Positions 1-9,009 of a stretch of 22,442 nt of DNA are shown piece by piece. The notes under the pieces were generated by a model. It was not told the origin of the DNA, did no database searches, and saw only the letters and a list, made by a program, of their open reading frames with translations. Both the position numbers and the translations under genes were made by a program. Each line of letters opens with the position of its first letter. Within the stretch, counting starts at the first letter, position 1. Origin of the DNA: an uncultured archaeon (GTDB lineage: Archaea; Asgardarchaeota; Heimdallarchaeia; Heimdallarchaeales; Heimdallarchaeaceae); assembly GCA_964549075.1 (NCBI GenBank), contig CAZJUB010000039.1, positions 1 through 22,442 of the forward strand, written 5' to 3'.

Positions 1-872
1 TCTCTTTTCGGAGCAATTGCATCTAACTCATCTATAAAAATAATACTTGGAGAATTATCATCTGCATCTTTGAATATACTTCTTAACCTTTGTTCAGATT
101 CTCCATAGAATTTAGACATGATCTCTGGTCCGTTAATAACTATAAAATGAGCAGCTGATTCATTTGCTACAGCACGAGCTATCAAGGTTTTTCCGCATCC
201 AGGAGGACCATGTAATAAAACACCTTTAGGTGGATCAATTCCTAATTTTTCAAATAATTGAGGAAACTTAAGCGGAAGCTCAACCATTTCTCTTATTTTT
301 AGAATCTCTTGATGAAGACCACCAATATCCTCATATGAAACACTTGGTGCAGCTTTTTCTCCTTCTACCAAAGGTTTTTCTGCAACTTTTAGTTGAGTTC
401 CTTCTGTTACAACCACTATCCCAGCAGGAACTGTACTAACAACATTAAAAGGAATAGCTCTTCCAAGAATAGGTATGAGAACTGTATCTTTTCTAGAAAG
501 TGGTTGTCCTAATAATTTTCGTTTTACAAAATTCTCGAAACTAAAATCTATGTTTACAGACATTTGTTCTGGAGCTAGTGTTACTTGACGAGCTACACTC
601 ACTTTTGCTTTTTTAACAACTACTTTATCACCTAGAGAAACACCAGCATTTCTACGAATAACACCATCACATCTTACAATCTCTTTTTTCAAATCTTCAG
701 GATATGAAGGCCATGCTACAGCTGTTGTAGAGCGTTTTCCAACAATTTCCACAATATCACCAGTAGAAACACCTATCTTTGACATTGCCATGCTGTCGAG
801 TCGAACTTTTCCTCTACCTACATCTCGCTGTTTAGCTTCTGCTACTCTAAGGGTTATCTCTTTGTCAGCCAT
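1..872 (-). CDS. cdc48: CDC48/VCP/p97-family AAA+ ATPase, N-domain plus part of D1 (truncated by the left window edge; not in the ORF track)
   Basis: Manual minus-strand translation from the ATG at 872: [26 protein letters not shown]...[14 protein letters not shown]...SYEDIGGL...[41 protein letters not shown] (Walker A)...[17 protein letters not shown]...[15 protein letters not shown] (Walker B). SD-like GAGG lies upstream. Confidence 0.97.
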   Translation of the reverse strand, partial: MADKEITLRVAEAKQRDVGRGKVRLDSMAMSKIGVSTGDIVEIVGKRSTTAVAWPSYPEDLKKEIVRCDGVIRRNAGVSLGDKVVVKKAKVSVARQVTLAPEQMSVNIDFSFENFVKRKLLGQPLSRKDTVLIPILGRAIPFNVVSTVPAGIVVVTEGTQLKVAEKPLVEGEKAAPSVSYEDIGGLHQEILKIREMVELPLKFPQLFEKLGIDPPKGVLLHGPPGCGKTLIARAVANESAAHFIVINGPEIMSKFYGESEQRLRSIFKDADDNSPSIIFIDELDAIAPKR

Positions 873-1053
873 TTATAATTCCTCAAGTATTAATACAGAA
901 ATTTTAATCTGTTTTTAATTCAACATTAGAGCTTTATAAACTATATTTTATCGGTTTAACTTATATTAGACTTTTTAATATAAAATACTTTTTTTTCTCA
1001 AATTTCTTAAATAGGGTAAAAATAGTATAAAAAAATGGGAGTAATATTCTAGG

Positions 1054-1986
1054 TTAAATCCTAAGTTTTAACTTGAGAGCGCCTTCCTTGCAAGCATCAA
1101 TACATTCCCCACAGTTAATACAGTGTTTATTCGTAACATCTCTATCATATTGGAGAATTGGTACTTGGGTAGGGCAAGCTTTCTCACATTTGTCACATCC
1201 GCTAGTACATCGATTTTTATTTATTCTTAATCCAAATAAACTATATCTACTGAATAATCCTAACATTACACCAGTTGGGCAGAACCACCTGCAATATGCT
1301 CGAGGATAAAGAGTAATGAGCACTAATATTACTACAAATATAATAATCCTGAGGAAGAAAATAAATTTCCATTGTCCTATCTCTTGTCCAAAAGTATCAC
1401 TTTGCATTCCCCAACTTAAGTAATAATAAAGAGTTCCGAATAAAGTAGAAGAAGGATCAATAGTACTGTAAGGCATGTCTTGACCAGGACCAAAAGCTGA
1501 TTTTGAATTAGTATTGTTGAAAGTTATCCCGATAATAAAGGACATAATAAGAATGAAAATTGTAATAAATGTCCCTATTCTGCTAAGGGTTTTAGTAGTA
1601 GGTTTTGAAACTTTTTTCTTCTTTATAGGAATTAACCTAAATAAATCTTGAAACAGACCAAATGGGCATACCCAAGAACAAGTGGTCTTTCCTAGAATTG
1701 AACCAAAGAGTAGGAAGATGGAAAGCGCTAGATAAGGGAAAATCCACAAGGTAAGTACGTATTGTAAAGCTTCAAAAGCATTCCAAACGGTAGTAAAGGG
1801 ACCACCAGAAGGATAAGCAATTGGGAGTAGAATTGGGGTTCTTGCAATACCGAAAATAATTCCATTTATCAAACCAAACATAATAAATTGTACAATAAAA
1901 CGTATAATCCTAATACGATGATCTTGGAAGGGACGTAATGCACGGGAAACAAGAGGTTTTAATTGCTTTGTTGCCATTGTTTTCAC
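1054..1986 (-). CDS. Membrane-bound 4Fe-4S protein, NapH/MauN/YccM-like
   Basis: Several TM helices, two CxxxCP motifs (CSWVCPFG, CRWFCPTG) and two C-terminal ferredoxin motifs (CTSGCDKCEKACP, CINCGECIDACK). The start may be the ATG at 1977 rather than the GTG at 1986. Confidence 0.88.
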   Translation of the reverse strand: MKTMATKQLKPLVSRALRPFQDHRIRIIRFIVQFIMFGLINGIIFGIARTPILLPIAYPSGGPFTTVWNAFEALQYVLTLWIFPYLALSIFLLFGSILGKTTCSWVCPFGLFQDLFRLIPIKKKKVSKPTTKTLSRIGTFITIFILIMSFIIGITFNNTNSKSAFGPGQDMPYSTIDPSSTLFGTLYYYLSWGMQSDTFGQEIGQWKFIFFLRIIIFVVILVLITLYPRAYCRWFCPTGVMLGLFSRYSLFGLRINKNRCTSGCDKCEKACPTQVPILQYDRDVTNKHCINCGECIDACKEGALKLKLRI

Positions 1987-1999
1987 TTACCTTTTATCT

Positions 2000-2176
2000 T
2001 TACCATGGTTTTGGAATCCCTGATATGTATGTATCAAGGAAACTTTTCAATTCAATCTCTGTAAAATGAGAAATATGATCATAAATAAGAGATTGATATT
2101 GTACTATAGCTATAATCAGAAATATGATACCTATTGATATAAAGAATATTAGGAATATTCTAGCTCTTGCGTTCAT
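2000..2176 (-). CDS. Small single-pass membrane protein (58 aa), probably co-transcribed with the 4Fe-4S gene
   Basis: One hydrophobic helix (IFLIFFISIGIIFLIIAIV). SD-like GAGGT lies upstream of the ATG at 2176; the ORF track uses the GTG at 2194. The gap to the downstream gene is only 13-22 nt. Confidence 0.65.
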   Translation of the reverse strand: MNARARIFLIFFISIGIIFLIIAIVQYQSLIYDHISHFTEIELKSFLDTYISGIPKPW

Positions 2177-2305
2177 GATAACTGAAGACCTCACAAATTA
2201 ACTTATAATAAAGTTTTTTGTTTTAAAGTAAATGTTAATTTACTTAATGTAGAAGATTTTTTCTCAAACACAATGCATTTAAATCCATTTGGTTAAATTC
2301 TATTT

Positions 2306-2572
2306 ATGAGCTCAAATGATATGTGGAAAGTAACCCCACTGAAATCATGCATTCTTGCTATACTTGAAAAACGTGGAGGAGTTGTCTTAGAAAATGATCT
2401 TGAAACTCCTCTTAAAGATATGTATGGAGATTATTCTGATTCAGAATTAAATAAGGCTCTTATGACTTTAGAGAACCAAGGTTTGATACACGTTGGATGG
2501 ATATCAAAAACCAAAAGACGTATCCAAATAATGACAAAAGAGATGAGCTTTTTAGCAGTTGGTGAAGATTAG
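2306..2572 (+). CDS. Small stand-alone winged-helix protein
   Basis: Helix-helix-helix-beta-hairpin pattern: ILAILEKRGG.V.E.DL...SDSELNKALMTLENQGLIHV...RRIQI. TTTAAAT lies about 25 nt upstream of the ATG, consistent with a leaderless mRNA. Confidence 0.75.
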   Translation: MSSNDMWKVTPLKSCILAILEKRGGVVLENDLETPLKDMYGDYSDSELNKALMTLENQGLIHVGWISKTKRRIQIMTKEMSFLAVGED

Positions 2573-3822
2573 TCACTGTTATTATAGAAAATAACTAATT
2601 TTCGTCCAATAATATTATGTTCCCGACCTATTGCAACTGGTATCTTTATTGAAAAAAATGCACTTTCATTTTCAAGTTTTAGAGAACTATCCTTTGCAAT
2701 TCTCTCTATATCAGGACTAATTACCATATTATCCTCATATTGGTATTCTGGTATAATTATCACAACCTTGGAGTTAGGTTTGAGGAAAATTTTACTTGTC
2801 CGTAAAACAGCGATATATAGATTTTCTAGCTCAGACATAATATTCTCTGCTTCATCTTCATCTGGTAATTCAGCAAGAAATGGTCCCAGATAAGGTTCAG
2901 TCACAATAGCTCCTACTTTATTGGATAAAATAGCAGATAAATTGCGAGAATCTAGTTTGAATACCTTCCACTTGTCTTTCATTCTAGCTTTTGCAGGATG
3001 TTGCAGAGAAAATTGATTTAGGTTTTCTTTTGTAGCTCTAAAACATTTTGGATCATTATCAACTCCAATGACATCAACACCTATTCTCAGTCCTTGAAGT
3101 AGGATTGTACCTGTACCACAGAAAGGATCGAGAAGTATTTCATCTTTCTGGATTTGAGACAAAAAAACTAAACTTCTTGCTAACTTTATGGAGGTACCAT
3201 GAGTGAAGAATCTCACTTTTCTCCCCTCATCTTGCCTAATATCCAATAATGGATTTGTAACCCATCTTGTTATACCTAAGAAGATTTTCGATTTAATTAC
3301 AAAACCTGTAATCTCAAATCCTCTTTTATTCATATTCTCCTTATGATATTGAAAGGGTGTCTGTTCATAGGTTTCGTTTTTGAACTTCAGAAGTTTTATT
3401 GGAATATCTAAATCGTTAGAAGTGTTACGAATAATTTCTTGTATTTTTCTATGGATATTTGTAGTTAGTTCCCTTGAAGTAGTTTGTATGCTTATAGAGA
3501 TTTTAACTTGTTTCTTAGAATGTTTGTAATTCCTTTGTAATGTATGCTCTATTAAATTTTTAAAATCAGATAACCAATATTTCTCTCTTTGTAAATTCTC
3601 TTCAATTTCTAGTGATCCAGCTTTAACAATGCTCCCAGTATTTTCTAAATGTTTAAGAAATTGTCCTTTTTCATTTTCTGAAAGAGTTAAGAGCAGATTA
3701 TCTTTCCATTCTTGAAAAGAAAGCTCCTTTGGTTTTATTCTTTCAAGAAGAGATGAAATTTCGAGCTTGGATAAATCTCTATTGGATCCATATTTAACAA
3801 AAACAGAGAATTTAGGTTGCAT
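2569..3822 (-). CDS. Trm11/TrmG10-like SAM-dependent RNA methyltransferase (possible N-terminal THUMP-like region)
   Basis: KLARSLV, motif I LLDPFCGTGTILL, GVDND, and a motif IV variant IVTEPYLGP. The ATG at 3822 (MQPKF), 7 nt after the fen stop, is preferred over the ORF-track start at 3849. Confidence 0.75.
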   Translation of the reverse strand: MQPKFSVFVKYGSNRDLSKLEISSLLERIKPKELSFQEWKDNLLLTLSENEKGQFLKHLENTGSIVKAGSLEIEENLQREKYWLSDFKNLIEHTLQRNYKHSKKQVKISISIQTTSRELTTNIHRKIQEIIRNTSNDLDIPIKLLKFKNETYEQTPFQYHKENMNKRGFEITGFVIKSKIFLGITRWVTNPLLDIRQDEGRKVRFFTHGTSIKLARSLVFLSQIQKDEILLDPFCGTGTILLQGLRIGVDVIGVDNDPKCFRATKENLNQFSLQHPAKARMKDKWKVFKLDSRNLSAILSNKVGAIVTEPYLGPFLAELPDEDEAENIMSELENLYIAVLRTSKIFLKPNSKVVIIIPEYQYEDNMVISPDIERIAKDSSLKLENESAFFSIKIPVAIGREHNIIGRKLVIFYNNSD

Positions 3823-3829
3823 GTTAACA

Positions 3830-4867
3830 TCATCCAAAATACGAATCAAGACTTTTCTGTTTTAAAGCTGCTTCTTGGCCTTTCTTTGCTTTTTGAAGAG
3901 TACCATAGACTCGATCCTTGCTAAATCCTCTTTCTTCACAAAGAAATTCAACAACTCCTTCAATATCTATAGATCCAAATTTCAGATCATAATCTTCAGT
4001 GATTACAGGATTTAGAAACACTTTTCGAACCGCATTATAATCCACATCTAAGACAATTTTCTCCTCCTTTTCTAAGACTGTTTCCAAATCGCCATGTTCT
4101 TTGATTAATTTATATGCGGTTTTTGGACCAATACCTTTAACCCCATCTGGATTAAAATCAGTACCTATCAGGATTGACATGTCAACAAGCTGTTCTCGGG
4201 TGATTTCCAAGGTTCTTAGTAATTCTTTTTGATGGTACTCTTCTATCTTCACATTAATAGTCCTATTTGATCTTGGAAGTTTTCTTTTTCCAGACAAAGT
4301 TAAATTTCTAATCAAAATGGGGGAACCAAACAATAAACTATCGTAATCTTGAGAAGCAACCGCCCAAACCTTGCTCTGTTGAACTAAATAAGCAGCTTGA
4401 GATTCACCTTCTTGTGGAGCTTCTACAACTGGAATACCAAGCAATTCTAGAAGTTTTTTACTGTCTTCTACCATTGGTTTTGTTAACTTACTAGTTCTTT
4501 GAGCTACTGTTCTTACTCTTTTCATATCTCCTCTCTCTAGAGCATCTTCTAACTCCTCCCTTGCTTTTGCCTTAACTTCAGCTCTACGACGAATTTCTTC
4601 TTTCTTTAATTGAGAAGGCTCTCCATCAAAAACATAGACAAGTTTTACTCCTTTTTCTAATAATCTTGAATTTCTATATAACAAACCTGTAAGATGACTA
4701 GTAATAGTACCCTCAGAATCTGATAATAAGCTACCATCGTATCCTCTTATTGAAGCAAGAAATTGATAAATTATATTGTATGCGTCAACAGCTAATTTTT
4801 TCTGTCTTAGTTGATCAATCTCTATTTGCATTCCTTCAAATAAATCACTGATTTTTTTTACACCCAT
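3830..4867 (-). CDS. fen: Flap endonuclease 1
   Basis: MGV N-terminus, AVDAYNIIYQFL, TSHLTGL, VFDG, EGESQAA, SQDYDSLLFG, GTDFNPDGVKGIGPKTA (H3TH) and a C-terminal PIP box QKSLDSYF. SD AGGAG. Confidence 0.98.
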   Translation of the reverse strand: MGVKKISDLFEGMQIEIDQLRQKKLAVDAYNIIYQFLASIRGYDGSLLSDSEGTITSHLTGLLYRNSRLLEKGVKLVYVFDGEPSQLKKEEIRRRAEVKAKAREELEDALERGDMKRVRTVAQRTSKLTKPMVEDSKKLLELLGIPVVEAPQEGESQAAYLVQQSKVWAVASQDYDSLLFGSPILIRNLTLSGKRKLPRSNRTINVKIEEYHQKELLRTLEITREQLVDMSILIGTDFNPDGVKGIGPKTAYKLIKEHGDLETVLEKEEKIVLDVDYNAVRKVFLNPVITEDYDLKFGSIDIEGVVEFLCEERGFSKDRVYGTLQKAKKGQEAALKQKSLDSYFG

Positions 4868-4934
4868 TTTAATATTCTCCTAACAAATAATGTTATTTCT
4901 TAAAAGTTAAAAAACTTGTCTAACTAAGGGGTTT

Positions 4935-5615
4935 TTAACCAAAATGACCTGTAAGAGGTACAAAAGCTACACCTCCCATATTCTTTTCTGAGTATTGATT
5001 TTCAGGTTTTCTTGTTATCAACATCAATTCTTGATAAAATCGTTTTCCTACAGGAATAGCTAATTTTCCCCCCACAGCTAATTGTTCTAAAAGTGGAGGA
5101 GGAACTGTCTTGCTTGCAGCTGCAACTGAGATTATGTCAAAAGGTGCTTCTTCTGGATAACCTAATCCCCCATCAGATGTAAGTATAGTAACTCGATCAT
5201 CATAACCAGTTTTTTTAATATTGTTTTTAGCGAATTCAGCTAATTCTGGAATGATTTCTATAGCATAAACATGGCCCAAGTTATCCGCACCTTCAGGAGC
5301 TACCATTTCTGCAAACATTGCTGCATTATACCCACTCCCTGCGCCTACCTCTAAAACTTTATCCCCTATCTGTGGATCTGTACAAGAAGGAGAGATATAA
5401 ATCATAACCATATGAATTGCACTAATTGTTTGACCTGCGAGAATAGGAAGAGGTGTGTCAACATATGCTCTATCAAGATAATTTTCCAAAACGAAGCTTT
5501 CTCTAGGAACTTTAAGAAAAGCATCTGCCATTCTTTCAGTTATTATAATTCGGTGAGCACCTAAACGTGTAAGTACTCCCCTTTTTTCTTCGAGAAATTT
5601 GTTTTGAGGACTCAT
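4935..5615 (-). CDS. pcm: Protein-L-isoaspartate O-methyltransferase
   Basis: KVPRESFV, AYVDTPLPI..GQTISA.HM, VLEVGAGSGYNAA, DGGLGYPEEAPFD and VAFVPL motifs. Confidence 0.95.
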   Translation of the reverse strand: MSPQNKFLEEKRGVLTRLGAHRIIITERMADAFLKVPRESFVLENYLDRAYVDTPLPILAGQTISAIHMVMIYISPSCTDPQIGDKVLEVGAGSGYNAAMFAEMVAPEGADNLGHVYAIEIIPELAEFAKNNIKKTGYDDRVTILTSDGGLGYPEEAPFDIISVAAASKTVPPPLLEQLAVGGKLAIPVGKRFYQELMLITRKPENQYSEKNMGGVAFVPLTGHFG

Positions 5616-5859
5616 ATAAACAACACATGGAAGGTTTCTGTATGATTTCTAGACACGACCATTCTTAATTAGATTTCGGTTACTTTTGAGATAAAAAAAT
5701 GAAAAACTAAAATGTTTTCTATACAATTTTATCAAAATATTATCCGGATGTTTCTTGGGGAGTATCATAAGTTTTTAAAAATGAAATATAATAAGTATAT
5801 ATCAGCGTTAGTAGATTTGTACTAAAATAAGATGGTACCAAATTAAAGGAGATTATCGA

Positions 5860-6162
5860 ATGATATCACAAAAGCAATTTGAGGAGACCTTAAAATCTTT
5901 AGAGTCTCATCCCGGAGTAAGAGGGGTAATTATCACTAGTAATGATGGACTACCTATTTCTAGCACAACCAATCTCAGTATGGAAATGAGAGAAAATGTT
6001 TCAGCTTTGGTTGCCTCATTAGTAGGAAGAGCTAAGGCAGTTGTTACTGAACTCAATGAAGGAGATTTGAATTTCTTCACTTTAGACACAAGTCAAGGAG
6101 AGATTCTTGTTGCTCCTGAAAATGATTATGTATTAATTGTCTTAAGAGAAAAGAATAAGTAA
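5860..6162 (+). CDS. Roadblock/LC7-domain protein (in the mglB position; sequence resembles dynein light chain DYNLRB)
   Basis: Roadblock pattern GVRGVIITSNDGLPISS...VSALVASL...ELNEGDLNFFTLDTSQGEILV. Strong SD AAGGAG. Lies directly upstream of an MglA-like GTPase. Confidence 0.93.
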   Translation: MISQKQFEETLKSLESHPGVRGVIITSNDGLPISSTTNLSMEMRENVSALVASLVGRAKAVVTELNEGDLNFFTLDTSQGEILVAPENDYVLIVLREKNK

Positions 6163-6204
6163 GCTTAAAGAACGAACACAATATCAAAAGTTGATGAGGA
6201 TACT

Positions 6205-6771
6205 ATGAGAAAAGACGCTTCAGGCAAAATGCACTTTAAACTGGTCTTCGTAGGACCTAGTTTAGCTGGCAAAACAACACTACTAAAAAAACTACACACT
6301 GATGTTACTGGAATCAAAAAAGGAGGATTGAATAGTATTGAAGATCCTTCCGGAAGAACAATTTATTTTGATTTTAGCCCATTTATGGCAACTTCTTCAG
6401 TCATTTTAGATATTTACACAGTAGCAGGTCAAAGAAGGCATCGCCATCAACGATCTTTAGTTTTGAAAGGAGTGGATGGTTTACTCTTTGTTGCAGATTC
6501 ATCCAGAGCAATGTTAGCAGATAATGTTGAATCTGCAGAAGAGCTGAAAAACGAGCTGGGAGATAAAATTGGGGGAGAGTTACCCATTGTAATTGCTTTG
6601 AATAAGCGAGATGCACCAGATGCAATGCCTAAAAAAGAATTAGTCGACGCATTGGATTTAGGTACCAATATACCAGTTTATGAAACCATAGCAATTGAGG
6701 GAATAGGTGTAAAAAGAGCTTTTCAATCCCTCTCTAGAGAAGTATTGTTAAAGAAATTATATGCCGTTTGA
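6205..6771 (+). CDS. mglA: MglA-family small Ras-like GTPase
   Basis: G1 GPSLAGKTT, switch I GRTIYFDF (MglA RTLFFDF), G3 variant YTVAGQ (MglA YTVPGQ), LKGVDGLLFVADS, G4 NKRD, G5 ETIA. SD GAGG. Confidence 0.88.
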   Translation: MRKDASGKMHFKLVFVGPSLAGKTTLLKKLHTDVTGIKKGGLNSIEDPSGRTIYFDFSPFMATSSVILDIYTVAGQRRHRHQRSLVLKGVDGLLFVADSSRAMLADNVESAEELKNELGDKIGGELPIVIALNKRDAPDAMPKKELVDALDLGTNIPVYETIAIEGIGVKRAFQSLSREVLLKKLYAV

Positions 6772-6791
6772 TAAGAAAAGGAGGAGAGAAT

Positions 6792-7523
6792 TTAGATTTT
6801 TCCAGGCATTATAAGGATATGATCAATATTTGATGTATCATCTTGATCAATGATAAATCTTGCAACTTTAGCAACATCTTCAACGGCTAACATTCTGGTT
6901 CTATCTACATCTTTTCCATCAAACCACGGAGTATCAACCGATCCAGGATTGATTGTTGCTGCTTTAATATCAGTACCTTTTAACTCATCCCTAAGACTCC
7001 AAACCATCGCTTGAACTGCATGTTTTGTTGCTGCATATAAAGAAGCTCTAGCTCCTGTTTTCAATCCTAGATTAGATGAAGTCACAATTATTTGACCTTT
7101 ATTCTGCTTTTTCAATAGGGGGAGAGTCTTATTCAACCAAAGAAATACTCCACGAACGTTGGTATTGAACTGTTCATCATACTGCTCAATAGTTAAATCT
7201 TCTAAATTACCGAAATAACCTACACCAGCATTTGCAAAAATGACATCCAATCCACCTAATTCTTTTTTAATTTCTTTGATCATACTATCTACAGCTTGTT
7301 CATCACTAACCTCTCCAACACCATAGAAGGCTTTACATCCCTTAGATTTCAAATTATTACAAAGATCCTTCAATCTAGTTTCATTTCGTCCTGTTAGATA
7401 GAAACTATGTTTATCCTTTGCCATTTCCAAAGCTACAGCTTTACCAATTCCACTTGATCCTCCAGTAATAACAATTCTTAGAGGAGCTTTGCTATTTTCA
7501 ATATTCATACATTGAAGATTCAT
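6792..7523 (-). CDS. Classical short-chain dehydrogenase/reductase
   Basis: TGGSSGIG, NAGVG, catalytic Ser followed by YAATK, and INPGSVDT. Confidence 0.95.
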   Translation of the reverse strand: MNLQCMNIENSKAPLRIVITGGSSGIGKAVALEMAKDKHSFYLTGRNETRLKDLCNNLKSKGCKAFYGVGEVSDEQAVDSMIKEIKKELGGLDVIFANAGVGYFGNLEDLTIEQYDEQFNTNVRGVFLWLNKTLPLLKKQNKGQIIVTSSNLGLKTGARASLYAATKHAVQAMVWSLRDELKGTDIKAATINPGSVDTPWFDGKDVDRTRMLAVEDVAKVARFIIDQDDTSNIDHILIMPGKI

Positions 7524-7539
7524 ATCAGCTTAATATTTT

Positions 7540-8928
7540 TTACTTCTTAAGATTATTCAGTAGAGAAATTGAAGTTTTTACACCTTTCTCGAACCATTCC
7601 ACCATCATATTTTCATTTGGAGCATGATTATCTTCATCAGGTTGTGCATAAGGAATAATATACATCGGTTTTCCTGTTGCTTTATAGAGAGAATAAAGAG
7701 GGAGGCTTCCTCCAGCGAGAGGTATTTTTAATGGTTCTACCTCAAATCCTTCTTTGATGGATTTTACCAAAATATCGGTCCATGGCAATTCAAGAGGAGT
7801 AAACATTGGATAAAAGCTTGTTCCGAATTTTACTTTACATCTTTCAAGTATTTGAGAATAAATGTTAGACTCTGACTTTAGTTTATTTAAATGAGTAATT
7901 ATCAACCGCTCTATTTTTTCTGGTGTTTGATTTGGTACTAAACGAATATCTAACTCTGCTACCACCTCTTTAGGAATGATGGTTCTAGCATTTTCTCTTA
8001 CGCTACCAGATTTTATTCCACGAATATTGAAAGTTGGTCGAAACATTAAACGATGAGTGAGAGGTAAGTCCTTTTCTTCACCAAAATAACTTATGCCTAG
8101 CTGTTGTTTGTAAATTTCAGGATCCCTATTAAGATCGTTTGCAGCCTGCAATGCAGCAGCTGTAGGAGTGAAAACGTCGTCATAAAAACCTTCGATTAAA
8201 CATTTACCCATATCGTCCTTCATAGTCTTGAGAATAGAAATAAGATCCCAAACAGGATTGGGTTGGATACCTCCAAAATTACCTGAATGAATATCTCCTT
8301 TTGCAGTTTTCAATTCCAATTGAACTGTTGTTATCCCTCTAGCACCAAACTCTAGAGTCGGTTTCCAAGTGGGATCAGCTGGACCATCAGAAACAACTAC
8401 CAAGTCAATATTTTCAAAGAATTCTTTCTTTTTATTTATAGCTTCATCTATATGAGGTGAACCTAATTCTTCTTCTCCATCTAGAATCATTTTAACATTA
8501 ACACTAAGTTGTTTATGTTTATGAAGACATTCTATAGCTATAATATGAGCGAAGAATTGACCTTTATTATCACCAATACCTCGAGCAAAAATACGTCCAT
8601 CTCTAATCTCAGGTTCAAAAGGAGGAGAGATCCATTCATCTAAAGGTGCAGGTGGTTGAACATCATAATGACCATAAAAAAGGATAGTATAAGGTGCAGG
8701 TGCAGAAATTTCTGTAATCTGCGGTTTCCATTCAGCGAGAATAACCGGATTAGTTGTAGTAGAAATTTGCTCAACATAATTAGCTGTTTGTTTGAGTCTC
8801 TCTTCAAGCCAGTTAGCAGCAAGTTGCGCTTCATCTTTATTCCTAGATATACTAGGGATTCTGATTAAAGAAAATAAATCATCTATAAACACTTGTTTAT
8901 TTTCTTGAAAGAAATCAAAAGCTCTCAA
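7540..8928 (-). CDS. M20-family metallopeptidase (ArgE/DapE/dipeptidase-like)
   Basis: YGHYDVQP, ARGIGDNKG, DGEEELGS, DIHSGNFGG, GGSLP and NHAPNE. TTG start preceded by AGGAAGG. Confidence 0.94.
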   Translation of the reverse strand: MRAFDFFQENKQVFIDDLFSLIRIPSISRNKDEAQLAANWLEERLKQTANYVEQISTTTNPVILAEWKPQITEISAPAPYTILFYGHYDVQPPAPLDEWISPPFEPEIRDGRIFARGIGDNKGQFFAHIIAIECLHKHKQLSVNVKMILDGEEELGSPHIDEAINKKKEFFENIDLVVVSDGPADPTWKPTLEFGARGITTVQLELKTAKGDIHSGNFGGIQPNPVWDLISILKTMKDDMGKCLIEGFYDDVFTPTAAALQAANDLNRDPEIYKQQLGISYFGEEKDLPLTHRLMFRPTFNIRGIKSGSVRENARTIIPKEVVAELDIRLVPNQTPEKIERLIITHLNKLKSESNIYSQILERCKVKFGTSFYPMFTPLELPWTDILVKSIKEGFEVEPLKIPLAGGSLPLYSLYKATGKPMYIIPYAQPDEDNHAPNENMMVEWFEKGVKTSISLLNNLKK

Positions 8929-8965
8929 TTTAATACCTTCCTGATTAAGATTTTAGATTAAATAC

Positions 8966-8973
8966 AAAAAAAA
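8966..8973 (-). terminator. Possible oligo-T archaeal terminator for the 9010-9507 gene
   Basis: T8 run on the minus strand about 37 nt after the stop codon. Weak evidence in an AT-rich genome. Confidence 0.3.
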
Positions 8974-9009
8974 GAGAATTAGAGGTTTTAAATAGTTTCA
9001 CCTAAAATT

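Noticed and set aside
3820-3849. TGA readthrough (Sec) or frameshift fusion of fen with the methyltransferase
   Set aside because: FEN1 ends normally just after its PIP box, and the next gene has its own ATG at 3822 in a different frame.
8643-8702. Direct repeat AAGGTGCAGGTG at 8643 and 8691
   Set aside because: Only 12 bp and two copies, both encoding Pro-Ala-Pro in the M20 peptidase. Not a CRISPR or mobile-element repeat.
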